Shown here in pieces: positions 1-12,437 of a DNA stretch of 64,000 nt (the first letter of the stretch is position 1; each line of letters starts with the position of its first letter). The notes under the pieces are model-generated. The model saw only the letters and a list, made by a program, of their open reading frames with translations, had not been told where the DNA came from and searched no databases. Position numbers and translations under genes: made by a program. Source of the DNA: Mobula hypostoma (lineage: Eukaryota); NCBI RefSeq assembly GCF_963921235.1, contig NC_086109.1:34412001-34476000 (forward strand), given 5' to 3'.

Positions 1-292
1 TTGGATTTAGCCATTTTCTAGTGATTGATTTCTTACTTGCCGCTAAGAGGGCCTGCAGCAACTTTATATCTTCCTTCTGTTCAAGGAACAATACATGCCC
101 CAAATAGAGCGTCTCAAAGTTCAGGGGTATTTAAATGTTTATTTTGCTTTTATATCATCTCAATGTGTACTTAAGAATGTATAAATAATTGTAGTTTTAT
201 ACATATAAAAAATGGAAAAGGTTATATGTGTGAAAAAAGTACATGATAATTGTGAACTCCTTATCCAAATAAAAATAAAATTAAAAAAAAAA
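1..292 (+). mobile_element. Possible 3' end of a poly(A)-tailed retroelement
   Basis: AATAAA followed by an A-rich tail at about 268-292; no coding sequence in view. Confidence 0.35.
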
Positions 293-995
293 GAAACCAT
301 GCTGTGCTCTTGAGCTTGTTTGACAGGATCTGAATAATTTAAAATTGTAACCCTTTATGTATCAATTGGTCATAAATATTGAAATCTATAAAAATGATCA
401 GGTCGTAAACATTTGGCACCATCCTTTGGCCTGCACTGTGTTGAGCGTGAACTTACGAAAGGAACAGGAGGAGGAACATACTATACAGATGTCTGAGCCT
501 CCTCTGCCATTCACTGACGTTGAGGCTGATCTAAATTTGGCCTCAACTCTATTGTTCTGCCTGTTGCCCACAACCTTGATCCATCTATTGACTAAAAATT
601 GGTCTTACTTGCCCTTGAATGTATTCACCGTTTCTATCTGGAGTAGAGATTTCTGGAATAGAAATGAGAGAAGAAATTCCTCCTCAGGACCCCTCATTCT
701 GAAATTATGACCCCTAGTAGTAGGTTTGCACAAGCAAGTCCGAATTGATGCTTTCCATGGCCTTTCAGAGCTGTATGGCTTGTTATAGGCCTAGCCTATT
801 CATCCTAGAAGTCCCAGGAGTCATTCTGAACTGGGATCTAATGCAAGAATATCTCTCTAAAAATTAGGACTCCCAAAATGTAATGATGATGTGGTATTAC
901 CGATGTTTTAATTGGTATATAAATTGAAATCTATAAAGATGATCAAATATCAAACATTTGCCGACATCTTTATCAAATATCAAACATCTGCCGAC

Positions 996-2250
996 TCCAG
1001 CCTATGGTCAGGCCACACTTAGATCCCCCCCAGTTCGCCTACCAGCCCCGACTAGGAGTTGAGGATGCCATCGTCTACCTGCTGAACCGTGTCTACACCC
1101 ACCTGGACAAGCCAGCGAGCACTGTGAGGGTCATGTTTTTTGACTTCTCCAGTGCGTTCAACACCATGCGCCCTGCTCTGCTGGGGGAGAAGCTGAGAGC
1201 AATGCGGGTGGATGCTTCCCTGGTGTCATGGATTCTTGATTACCTGACTGGCAGACCACAGTACGTGTGCTTGCAACATTGTGTGTCTGACAGAGCGATC
1301 AGCAGCACTGGGGCTCCACAGGGGACTGTCTTGTCTCCCTTTCTCTTCACCACTTACACCTCGGACTTCAACTACTGCGCAGAGTCTTGTCATCTTCAGA
1401 AGTTTTCTGATGACTCTGCCATAGTTGGATGCATCAGCAAGGGAGATGAGGCTGAGTACAGGGCTACAGTAGGAAACTTTGTCACATGGTGTGAGCAGAA
1501 TTATCTGCAGCTTAATGTGAAAAAGACTAAGGAGCTGGTGGTAGACCTGAGGAGAGCTAAGGTACCGGTGACCCCTGTTTCCATCTAGGGGGTCAGTGTG
1601 GACATAGTGGAGGATTACAAATACCTGGGGATACGAATTGACAATAAACTGGACTGGTCAAAGAACACTGAGGCTGTCTACAAGAAGGGTCAGAGCCGTC
1701 TCTATTTCCTGAGGAGACTGAGGCCCTTTAACATCTGTCGGACGATGCTGAGGATGTTCTACGAGTCTGTGGTGGCCAGTGCGATCATGTTTGCTGTTGT
1801 GTGCTGGGGCAGCAGGCTGAGGGTAGCAGACACCAACAGAATCAACAAACTCATTCGTAAGGCCAGTGCTGTTGTGGGGATGGAACTGGACTCTCTGACG
1901 GTGGTGTCTGAAAAGAGGATGCTGTCCAAGTTGCATGCCATCTTGGACAATGTCTCCCATCCACTACATAATGTACTGGTTGGGCACAGGAGTACATTCA
2001 GCCAGAGACTCATTCCACCAAGATGCAGCACTGAACGTCATAGGAAATCATTCCTGCCTGTGGCCATCAAACTTTACAACTCCTCCCTTGGAGGGTCAGA
2101 CCCCCTGAGTCAATAGGCTGGTCCTGGACTTCCTTCCTGGCATAATTTACATATTACTATTTATGATTTTATTACTATTTATTATTTATGGTGCAACTGT
2201 AACGAAAACCAATTTTCCCCAGGATCAATAAAGTATGATTATGAGTATGA
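996..2250 (+). mobile_element. Rex1/Babar-like LINE, 5'-truncated, young (RT frame with one nonsense codon)
   Basis: ORFs 1004-1588 and 1598-2116 are the same frame split by TAG at 1586-1588; QFAY, FFDFSSAFNT, GAPQGTVLSP, FSDD and YKYLG motifs; AATAAA plus (TATGAN)3 tail. Confidence 0.92.
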
Positions 2251-4264
2251 CTTTAGACCTGCACAGAAATGAGTATGAATTTAAATAAGGAGTTGGAGAA
2301 GGAATATATGGCAGAAAGGGATAAGGCTTTCTGACTTTTATACTCCCTACCCCTTGCTTTGCTAATTAAGTTGCATCTTTCGTTCTCCTGTCATCAATCA
2401 GCTGACAGCAGCACTGATTCCAGAGTGTTGAGGTCTGCCTTGGGCCTGACGTGAATGCACTCTCTGGTCATGCTGAAGTTTCACTGCAATGCCTCAGGAG
2501 CTTGAATGCAAAGTGGATGTGCCAGAGCAGGATGAGGATTTATCCAGTTGTCTTTTTTTATAATTAGCTTATATATCAAGAGTGAAGATAGATTTATAAT
2601 TTTAAAAGAAAGGAATTTCATACAGAAGCAAAATAAATTAGTTCCAAGTAGATATGTGTGTCTTTGTGTAGCTGGACTGTTCCCAAGTGTGTACTATGTC
2701 AATTTGTTTTCAGAATACATTTTCCTGGAATCCAGATATGTAGTTACACTTTACTTTGCTGTGTGATTCAGTTTCTACAAGAATGTAATGCAATTGGGAA
2801 TCATGGACCACTGTGCGGATTAGGACATTTTCCTTGGGTCTGGTATGTTAACACAGAGAAAGTTAGTTATGCACAGTGGCATTAAAGTGTGCAAAGCACG
2901 TTTGCATGCTACTTTTAGAGTGTTCATTGATTCGTTTAAGGCTGCATTGCACAAGGAGAAAGGCGATTGTAGTGCGGGGAAGTCTGCTTCATCATTACCG
3001 AAAGGAGATTTACTTGAGCCTGCCCCAGTCTGTAACTCAGGCTGGTTCTTCTGAAACAAGTTACTTACCTTGCTCTCCTTCAAATCTGATCCTCTGCTCC
3101 AGCCAATAACATACAACTCTCACACCTTTGTTAACCTGGTCTAACTCCTGCCACGTCAGATTCAGCAATCTGGAACTGACCTCCTGTACTTCCTCCACAC
3201 TCCCAGTCACTGCCCCTGATCCTTCAACCCTCCCCTGTGACAGCTGTCCCATCTCACATCCCATGGCCTGGTCTTTGAGCCAAAATCTCCATTTATAGTT
3301 TGCCAGTGACTTCTACCTCTTCTTACCTGTGATCTGCTCCGCACAGCCGAGCCTACTGAGCTTCCCAGCTACAGGCCCAGAAATAGGTGCTGACAATTTC
3401 AACACTATATATTTTGACAATATGAAGGATTTGTACATGGGTCTCTTTACTAAGAATTGCTGAGTGTATCTTTACTTAAGACTAATTTGCTGCTTAAATT
3501 AAATGTGACAAACTCTTACATTTAACCACATCTTTGCTCGACATGCTTTCTGAAATGTGTCGAAGGAAGCAGCAGGTAAAAAAAGGGTGTGTTGGCCTTT
3601 GTTTGCTATATTCAGATAGCAATCTTACTGTGGAAAGTAAATATGCCCTTCTCAGCACAGTGCAGAACAATGCAAATATAATTGACTCAAGTAAAACCTC
3701 TCCTGTCTTTGTGTTAATACATACCACCCGTTTCCCATGAGGTTCCCTTCCCCGCCCTTTGGCCTGACCACTCAGCCAAATTCCATTATGCTTAGCAGCT
3801 TTTGTGCGAACAGAGGTCTCTCTCTGTAAACTCTGACAGTGCAAGGCAGGTGAGGAAATGGGTTGGGGAGTGGGACAATGGGATGGGGTGGTCCAACCCA
3901 GTGGGACGACAGAGAAAATATGTGGAAAGATTCACCGGTGGTGGATCAGGAGTTAGACAGAGAATTGGGAATCTATGGCGTGAGGGGACTGGATACTGAG
4001 CTGGCAGAAATAACGAGAAAACTTCTATTCCAAAAAGGAATTTATTAATTAAAAATTGTACAAAGCACAAAATAAACATTTGAAGAAGACTTACTTGGCA
4101 GAAACCGTACACAATGCGAAGCAGGCATTTCAGAAGTTTCACCAGATATTCCTCCGTGCTCTCACATCTACCTCCATCAAATCAGAATTGTGCATGGCAC
4201 CCTACTTGATAGATTACAGATATTCGATAGCATTAGCAAACGTCATGGTGGGCCTCAACTCTCC

Positions 4265-4940
4265 AGATTAGATTAGATTATGAGGACACTCAGTCCTCGT
4301 TTATTGTCATTTAGAAATGCATGCATTAAAAATGATACAATGTTCCTCCAGTATGATATCACAGAAACACAAGACAGACCAAGACTAAAACTGACAAAAA
4401 CCACATAATTATAACATATAGTTACAACAGTGCAATACTGTAAATTGATAAAGAGCAGACCATGGGCACGGTAAAAAAAAGTCTCAAAGGCCCGATAGCC
4501 CCAACATCTCATGCAGACGGTAGAAGGAAGAATCTCTCCCTGCCATGAGCTTTCAGCACCGCAAACTTGCCGATGCAGCATCCTGGAAGCACCCGACCAC
4601 AGTCCGACTCTGAGTCCATTCAAAAACGTCGAGCCTCAGACCAGCCCTCCAACACTGAGCACTGAGCACCATCTCTGCCGAGCGCTTCGACCCCGCCCCG
4701 GCCGCTAAGCAACAGGCAAAGCCGAGGACTCAGGGCCTCCCCCTCCGGAGATTCCGGACCACACAGTAGCAGCGGCAGCGAAGCAGGCATTTCAGAAGTT
4801 TCACCAGATGTTCCTCTGTGCTCTCACGCCTGTCTCCATCAAATCAGAATTGTGCATGGCACTCTACTTGACAGATTACAGATATTCATCACCAGAGAGG
4901 CCGCGCGCGCTGCGTCACGCCGCCATCTTCTCCTCCTCCC
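4265..4940 (-). mobile_element. Non-autonomous non-LTR retroelement with (AATCT)n tail
   Basis: minus strand starts GGAGGAGAAGATGGCGG and ends AATAAA-hairpin(GAGGAC/GTCCTC)-(AATCT)3; a 110-bp piece of it recurs at 4116-4225. Confidence 0.65.
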
Positions 4941-5201
4941 AGACTGGTCTGCACAAGAGTCTTATGAAACACGTCAAAGCGTGCTCTGCTTATTATTTGG
5001 TAATTTGATGCATGTCAGATGGCTGCAAGAAATATACACCAAATGCTTGAAGGCCCCAATACCAGCTTGTGCGTTTTCTGCCTCCCTCAAAGGTAATCAG
5101 GTGAAACCCCTTTTTGTTGGGCAGTTCTGGAAATGCAGATTGTTAGCCTCTCACTAACAGCCACTGGACTCTGCGATGAGAAACCCACCTTTCTCAGGCT
5201 T

Positions 5202-5885
5202 TGTACGTCTAGGGTTTATACAACATTGGTCCCACCAAAACCCTGAGGTTGGGATGTCTTGCCCACCCAAACCCCAGTTAATGTGAATGCTGTGTGATAT
5301 ACTGCCCCCAGCAATAACAGATTGTACACAGCATACAACTACAAAGAAGTATATTTAAGAATGTTAATGTAAGCAAACATTTATTCAAGGAAAGAAAAAG
5401 CACAAAAAAGGCCCCTTATTCTTAAACAGTCAAATGTCCAATTAATTTGGAGCTCATCTTGAACTTGTCTGTCACTCACACACTGGACCCTTGGTCTGCG
5501 TGAAAGCACACACCACCTTCCAAATGTCGCTCAAAATCCATCTCCAACAAATGGGTCTCCCACGGGAGTATTGGTCCTTCCTCGGGGAAGCCATTCATCT
5601 GCACAGAGCACCTTATGCAACAGGGTCGGCATCCTCAGCCATCTTCCCTCCTGTCTTCTCCCAGCTCCCGCCAAAAAAAAAGACCTCTCCACACCAGTAT
5701 TCTCCAGAAGCTTCTCCCAATTCCACTGTCCTGCTTGGCTGACACCACATTCCTAAGATGAACAAAAAAGCCCTTTATCTCAACTCAAACCCAAACAGGC
5801 TGAAAGCAGAACTGAGTGCTGTAACAGAACTGCTAAAATGAAATATCTGCAGCAGAGCAGTAAAAATCTTAACCAGGGCTTTACA
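5202..5885. mobile_element. Possible solo LTR
   Basis: TGTA...TTACA ends with loose terminal complementarity; no clear TSD. Confidence 0.3.
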
Positions 5886-6272
5886 CAGGATTTTATGAAA
5901 TCCTTTTCCACAAGTCACAAAAATGTTATGCAACATGATTGAATATGTAGGGCAAGTAGAACCATGTCCATCTTTGAGTGAATATTAACGTGGGTGGTGT
6001 TTAGCTTGAAACTAGCTAGATAATAGCAAACCCCATTGAAATGACTGACAAAATCAACTGCAGTGGATTCTGGTTAATTGGGACACGTCAGAACCAATAC
6101 ATTTTGGCCTGATTAAGCAGCTGCCCCAATGAGCTGAAGTTTCATGCCGGTAGTTAAAAAGGTATAAAAAAAAGGCAAATTGAGCAACTAATTATGTATC
6201 TAAATAAAATATAGAATAATTCAGAACACTACCAATGGTACTATAGTACTGTAAAACTGTGTATTAGTTCTT

Positions 6273-6619
6273 ATGGGAGGGTGTGTGGAGATATGTCTCT
6301 ACCAAAGGAGGTGTAGGTCACCCCATCCCTCCACTAGCCTGCAGGTCATTCTTAGGCAAGGTGTAGCACCCCCCCCACCCCCCAATCAGAGTCATGTGAA
6401 GCCATGGAAGCATTTGGTGGATAGCCGTATGAGCATTTGGTGCATATCACAAGTCCTGAGTATGCAGCCACTGATGCTAGGCTGGAGCCCACCTGTCTGT
6501 AAAGACACCGCTCAGGAGAAGGCAATGGTGAAACTCTCCTGTGGAAAAATATCCTATGAACAATCATGGTCAACACCCATGATCGCCCACATCATATAGC
6601 ATGGCACATAATGATGATG
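6273..6619 (+). mobile_element. RTE-tailed SINE
   Basis: GGAGAAGGCAATGG motif typical of RTE/BovB-type tails, (TGA)n end, ATTAGTTC duplicated on both flanks. Confidence 0.6.
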
Positions 6620-6913
6620 ATTAGTTCCTCACAGTTGTTAACAGGAATTCATCCAGTGTATGCAGTGAACAAAATCAGTGCAGACACCTAGTGCAGGTAA
6701 TGGACTGCCTTCATACAATGCTATTGACAAATGCGTCCTTCAAATCATTATTTTCATTCTAACATTCAAGATGATTGTCAATACCTTCAAATTTTTCGTA
6801 GTTTCTAACTTGTTGAAGCAGTAAAATCATTTCATTTTCACTCCCGGCTGCTTCTGCATTACAAATCCTGATTGCTTGAAACCACAGTGAGCAAAACAAC
6901 TCCAAATTGTCTT

Positions 6914-6951
6914 CCAAACAACAGGAATACTGCAGATGCTGGAAATTCAAG
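6914..6951 (-). mobile_element. Penelope-like tail-only insertion (38 bp)
   Basis: near-identical to 14734-14768; perfect 13-bp TSD TCCAAATTGTCTT (6901-6913 and 6952-6964). Confidence 0.85.
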
Positions 6952-7954
6952 TCCAAATTGTCTTACTGGTTATTCCTCCACAACTATCAGTGACAAAAAT
7001 CACTGCTTTTTGATGTTATTTAAAGCTGTTTGCTTTAAGCAAGGTGTAGCATCTAAAAGCCACACAAGTGTACGTGACTGACACTAGTTAGAACCTGTCT
7101 GACGACAGTCCTCTGCACCAATTAAGGCAACATAGTGTCTCAAATAAACAAAGGGAGTCCCAGCAATTTTCTTGGTTAGTTTTCGTTCTTCTAGAGTTAT
7201 CCCAATCAAGCAGCGGCTCTGATTAAATCGTGGCACAATTAACTGAATTCTCCTCTACTTTGTTTAGCCCTGTAAATGGGCAAGCATCACAGTTCAATGG
7301 AGTCTGTCTCCTTTACGAGCTTCAAAGCACTACGGTGTTAAGTATTTTCATGCATACAAGAATAACTTCGTAGAATGAGCTTGGGGAAGCAAGTGGTTGT
7401 AGATTACAGCTAACATTACCAAGAGAAACAATAAGTATTTGAGCACAAACCAGAGAGAGAATTTGCAGATACTGGAAATCCAAATGGCACACACAGTTTG
7501 TGTGTATTGCTTGAATAATAAAGGAGTCATTTCCTCAAAATATGTAAATAAAAGGAGGAATGAACTGAAATGAAGCCCCGGCAGACATTTTCAATTCAAT
7601 GCCTCTGCAGGAAAGCATTTGCATTGGCAAAATGTCAGATTTTAACCACCGATGTCTATTTATAATCACACTTTAGTAAGCAGTGCTCACCCAATGAATG
7701 AGGTTATGCTACTTTTGCAGATGACTTGTATTGAAAGTATTGATTGGAAGTGACACAGCTCACACAAATTGATTCTCTTCTGTGAAGTTTAGTTCTGATT
7801 TATGTGACGGTAAACAGGAAAGCTGCCTTTCAAAGATCCATCAATAAGAGAATAATGTGGGCTATGTTTAGAGACTAATTAGAGTAAACACCAACAGCAT
7901 TTAAAGTTGTTGTTGCATGTTGTGCACTTCAAAAGCACAGACTCTGAATCTGCA

Positions 7955-9351
7955 ACACACACAAAATGCTGGAAGAACTCAGCAGGCCAGGCAACATCTA
8001 TGGAAAAGAGTACAGGTGACATTTCGAGTCGAGACACTTCATTGGGACTGGAGAAAACAAGATGACGGGTCACAGGTGGAAGGGGAGAAGGAAATACAAA
8101 GAGATCGGTGAAACCAGGAGGGGGGAGGGGTGAAGTTAAGAGCTGGGAAGTTGATTGGTGAACGAGATACAGGGCTGGAGAAGGGGGTACTTGATAGGAG
8201 AGGACAGAAAGCCATGGGAGAAAGAAAAGAGGGAAGAGCACCAGAGGGAGGTGATGGGCAGGAAAGGAGATAAGGTGAGAGAGGGAATGGGGAATGGTGA
8301 AAGGGGCAGTGTAACCGGAAGTGTGAGAAGTCAATGTTCATGCCATCAGATTGGAGGCCACCCAGATGGAATATAACGTGTTTCTCCTCCAACCTGAATG
8401 TGAGGTTATCACGACAGTAGAGGAGGCCGTGGACTGACATATCAGAATGGGGACAGGAAATGGAATTAAAATGGGTGGCCACTGGGCGATCCTGCCTTTT
8501 CTGGCAGATGGAGTGCAGGTACTTGGTGAAGCGGTCTCCCAATCTACGCCGGGTCTCACTGAGATACAGGAGGCTGCATTGGGAGCACCAGATAGAGTAC
8601 ATGTCCCTAACAGAATCACAGGTGAAGTGTTGGAGTCATTTGATATATCCAGTGCTCCTGGAGCGGCCTCTTGGATATCGGTGAAACCCAACACGGATAG
8701 GGAGACTGCTTCATTGAGCACCTATGCTCCATCTACCAGAACAAGCAGGATCTCCCAGCGACCACTCATTTAACTCCACATCCCATTCCCATTCTGGCAT
8801 GTCATTTCATGGCCTGCTCTACTGCCATGGTGAGGCCACACTCAGGCTGGAGGAGCAACACCTTATATTCCGTCTGGGTAGCCTCCAGCCTAAGGGCATC
8901 AATTTCTTGAACGTCCAGTAATGCCCCCCCCCAACTCCTTCACCATTCCCCATTCCCTTTTCTCTCTCTCGCCTTTTCTCCTTCCCTGACCATTTCCCTC
9001 CTGTGGTGCTCATCTCCCTTTTCTTTCTTTCATGGCCTTCTGTCCTCTCCGATCAGATTCCCCCTTCTCCAGCCCTGTATCTCTTTAACCAATCAATTTC
9101 CCAGCTCTTTACCTCAGCCCTGCCCCCCCCCCCGACTCCTGGTGTCATCTATCACCTTGTGTTTCTTCCTCCCCTCCCCCCTACCTTTTAACTCCAACTC
9201 CTCTTCTTTTTTTTCCAGTCCTGATGAAGGGTTTTGGCCCGAAATGCCGACTATACTCTTTTCCATTAATGCAGCCTGGCCTGCTGAGTTCCTCCAGCAT
9301 ATTTTTGTGCTTGGATTTCCAGCATCTGCAGATTCTCTCTTGTTTGTGATT
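7955..9351. mobile_element. Penelope-like element, older inverted (fold-back) copy with two divergent GIY-YIG halves
   Basis: minus arm ~7955-8632 (IWCSQCSLLYLSETRRRLGDRF), plus arm ~8640-9351; TSD AGACTC(TG/CT)AATCTGCA. Confidence 0.88.
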
Positions 9352-9545
9352 AGACTCCTAATCTGCAGCGATTAAGTAGAAGTACTTAGTTTATCAAGCT
9401 ATCATAAGGAAGTCTGTGCTCGTTCGATTTTCTCCCTTTTTCCATGTATCTCTTGAAGATTCTGGCTTTTAATGGAGTGCAGCTCAATGGTTAACATTTA
9501 CCATCAGGAACATTGTTCAAATGAGCTTAACTTTAACATGTTGTT

Positions 9546-9745
9546 CACTTTTTAATGGACTATGCAAGCAAAATCTTAAATAAGAGTGGAGAATTGTACA
9601 AGAAACTGCACCTTCCACTTGATTTCTTTGCAGCACAATAAAATAAAGCAGGGTACCACTTTTTAATGGACCCATGCAAGCAAATTATTTAATAAGAGTG
9701 GAGAATTGTGGAAGAAAGCTCACCTTCCACTTGATTTCTTTGCAG
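9546..9745. repeat. Local direct duplication, 2 x ~88 bp
   Basis: 9546-9633 and 9657-9745 both run CACTTTTTAATGGAC...CACCTTCCACTTGATTTCTTTGCAG. Confidence 0.9.
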
Positions 9746-10039
9746 TAGGTTGCTCATAAATTGGGATCAGAGATCTGATCAGTGCAAGTGACTTGCAGGA
9801 AACGAAACTGTTGCAGAAATCCTTATTCAGCTTTCAGTGTTTGCTGTTCCAGGAAGGCGTTTGGAGGATTTTGCTGAGAATTGGACATAGTGGTCTTAGA
9901 GCGTCACTCAAGGATTGTCTATTCACTGCACAGTGAACTGATAGAACCACCAGAAGGACTAGAAGATTTTGTCCATCCTGCTCCAATCATAGACCTCTTG
10001 AACAGGGGTCAGAAACAAGAAGTACCCATTCCCCACCAC

Positions 10040-11960
10040 TGATCTTGGGGAAGAAATGATTGTAATAGATTGATTGCAAAAATCATTATCACTGGGCTGA
10101 AACAGAGGATGAAATTAAGTGACCTCACCAGCAATTAGAAGGCTTACCACAAATGTCAGTTGTGGACTCTCTATGAATGATTGACAATACCACGCTTTAC
10201 CTCCTCCCATGATGCTGTTTCTTTCTGCTATTATCATCAGAAATTGTATTAATCAAGTATATTTCCCGACAAGTCTTCTAAAATCTTGGCCTTTTTAGTC
10301 TTCTCCCCATTTTTAGTAATCAAGAAGTTAGCAGTCCCGAAAATCAAAGGCTTTGGTCATGTCAAAAGAAAGCCAGTGATAGTGGGCGGTGCTACTCCCT
10401 GCATTTATCTCGGAGCTCTCACATGTTGTGGATGATATCCAATGTAGTCCTGGATTCAGTGATCATCTGGGTGAATTCTTCCACAGAGAGATATCTCTGT
10501 AGTTACTGACCAGATTTGTCTGCACTCTTGAAGGTGGGCATGATTCTAGCATCTCTGAGGATCCCTGGAATATCATTGTTTACCCCTAGATGAGCATTTC
10601 AACGCGGATAATGTCCGCCCTTGTGGCTTTGTTATTTATGACTTGGGAAAGGACCTTTTCAAATACTTGGCAGTCAGGAATTAGGGACCAAGCCCAACTC
10701 CTGATGATGGGTGACGTTTCCAAGAAAAATTCATGGAGCAGCACCACCTGCTATCCCTGACCTTTTTGACATGACCAAAGCCATTGATTTTCAAGGGGGA
10801 GGGATTGTTCAACACCTAATCAAATTCAGATGCCCACTGAAACTATCTCCACTTACACTTACGGATTCATGCCAGGTCTCTAACCAGCGTGTCTACCACA
10901 GTCCATCTCAGTGAAGACTGTTGTCAAGCAAGGCTGCTTAATGGCTCCAACGATATTCTCAATCATTTAACGTCCAATAAGCATTCTATGGGTATGGAAC
11001 TAATGCTTGGAACCAATGGGATCTGTTCACCTGAGCCTCGGCAGTCAAGGTACAGTACGCAGATGAAGCTTCTTGGATCTGCCCATCTTCTGAAGCCAAC
11101 CAGCTATGCTTCCACTGAAACAAACAAGAACATGGCTTTGTATTGAGTATCTGCAAGATAAGTTCCACCATTAACCTTCTACTGCACCACGGTGCTTCAA
11201 CAATGAAAGTTCACCTGGAAAATGTAGCCCATTTCTTTTTATCTCAATAGCCTCCTCTTGGTAAAGGCAGACGTCAGAGGACCAATACAACCTTCAGTTG
11301 ATTGAGAAAAATCATTTTGAAAATCAGGACCTCAGACTGAGCACAACAGTCATGATCTACAGGGAAATAGTGAGCTCTGCCCTTCTTTCTGCTTCTGAGA
11401 ATTAGGGTAGGCATCTCAGGCTACTGGGGGGATAAAAGACAAACAGCTAGCCTCTGCAAGATCCTCTAAGTTCAATTAATTCAATGGGAGGATCAGAGAA
11501 CCAAAGTCAGCATCCTCTCCAAGGCCAGAAACATTGGCATTGAGGTCCAAGCTAGCCCCAGTCTCTGAATGCCCATCAGCAGACTCGTGGACCAGACACT
11601 TGGGCGTGAGCTTTGTCAAGTGAGGAAGTTATGAGGCAAATGGAAGCAAAGAGTCAGAGATGTGATGAAAACATCCTCGAAGTACAACATTCCCACCGGC
11701 TCCTGGTGATCTCTGGCCCATGATTACTCAGAAAGGATTTGGAACATTGAGAGAACTGAAGCCATGTAACGTATAGAAAGCTGCTTTTGGATTATGAAAA
11801 GATAGTGTGCAAGTGGCAGAAGGAATGGAATATCTCACCAGCTACCCACAGTCTCCAACCCTGACAATCATCTGTGCAAGAGCCTTCATTTCCTGCATTG
11901 GTCTCATTACCAGTCATCAGTACCACTAAACTGGAGCACAGCTCAGCCGTCCTCGATCCC
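10040..11960. mobile_element. Heavily decayed RTE/BovB-like LINE fragments in both orientations
   Basis: FDMTKAFD-like motif on minus (~10340-10375) and on plus (~10760-10790); C-terminal-like segment on plus from ~11220. Confidence 0.6.
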
Positions 11961-11974
11961 AAGAGACAGCCAGT

Positions 11975-12266
11975 CCTGGTGTTGGAGAACTGCTTGTGTG
12001 TGAGTGTGTGGGTGAGTGAGTAGGAGGCAAAGGGCTTGGTCAGCTGTAGTTATTTTGTTGCTGCTGTGGCGGTGTTGTGGTTATTGATCCTGTTGCTGTG
12101 CTGATTATTGTGAGCATGCTATGTCGGCACCAGAATGTGCGGTAAAACTTGTGGCTTGTCCCCAACATGTCCTTAGATTGCATTGGTGGTTAACACAAAC
12201 AGTGCATTCACTGTATACTTCGATGTGCTGTACTTGTGACAAATAAATGAATCTGAACCCGAATCT
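11975..12266 (+). mobile_element. 3' UTR/tail of a non-LTR element (same family as 45225-45480)
   Basis: AATAAA plus (GAATCT)-like tail; inverse homology to 45225-45480. Confidence 0.6.
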
Positions 12267-12278
12267 GCCTAAGAAGAA

Positions 12279-12437
12279 ACACACATAAAAGTTGCTGGTG
12301 AATGCAGCAGGCCAGGCAGCATCTCTAGGAAGAGGACTGTACCTCTTCCTAGAGATGCTGCCTGGCCTGCTGCATTCACCAGCAACTTTTATGTGTGTTG
12401 CTTGAAATTCCAGAATCTGCAGATTTCCTTGTGTTTG
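12279..12437. mobile_element. Penelope-like palindromic mini-insertion (58-bp perfect hairpin)
   Basis: arms 12278-12335 and 12342-12399; perfect 14-bp TSD CTGCCTAAGAAGAA (12265-12278, 12438-12451). Confidence 0.92.

Larger units (their letters stand above)
6061..7255. mobile_element. Decayed Tigger/pogo-like non-autonomous DNA transposon hosting two later insertions
   Basis: CAGTGGATTCTGGTTAATTGGGAC left terminus, degenerate inverse at 7231-7255 followed by TA. Confidence 0.55.

Noticed and set aside
9217..9252. Active hammerhead
   Set aside because: The cleavage triplet is mutated (GUC to GCC) and the ACGU palindrome is lost.
12278..12399. miRNA precursor or MITE
   Set aside because: Both arms are Penelope-like pseudo-LTR sequence with a 14-bp TSD and a one-sided tail; there is no independent evidence for miRNA processing.
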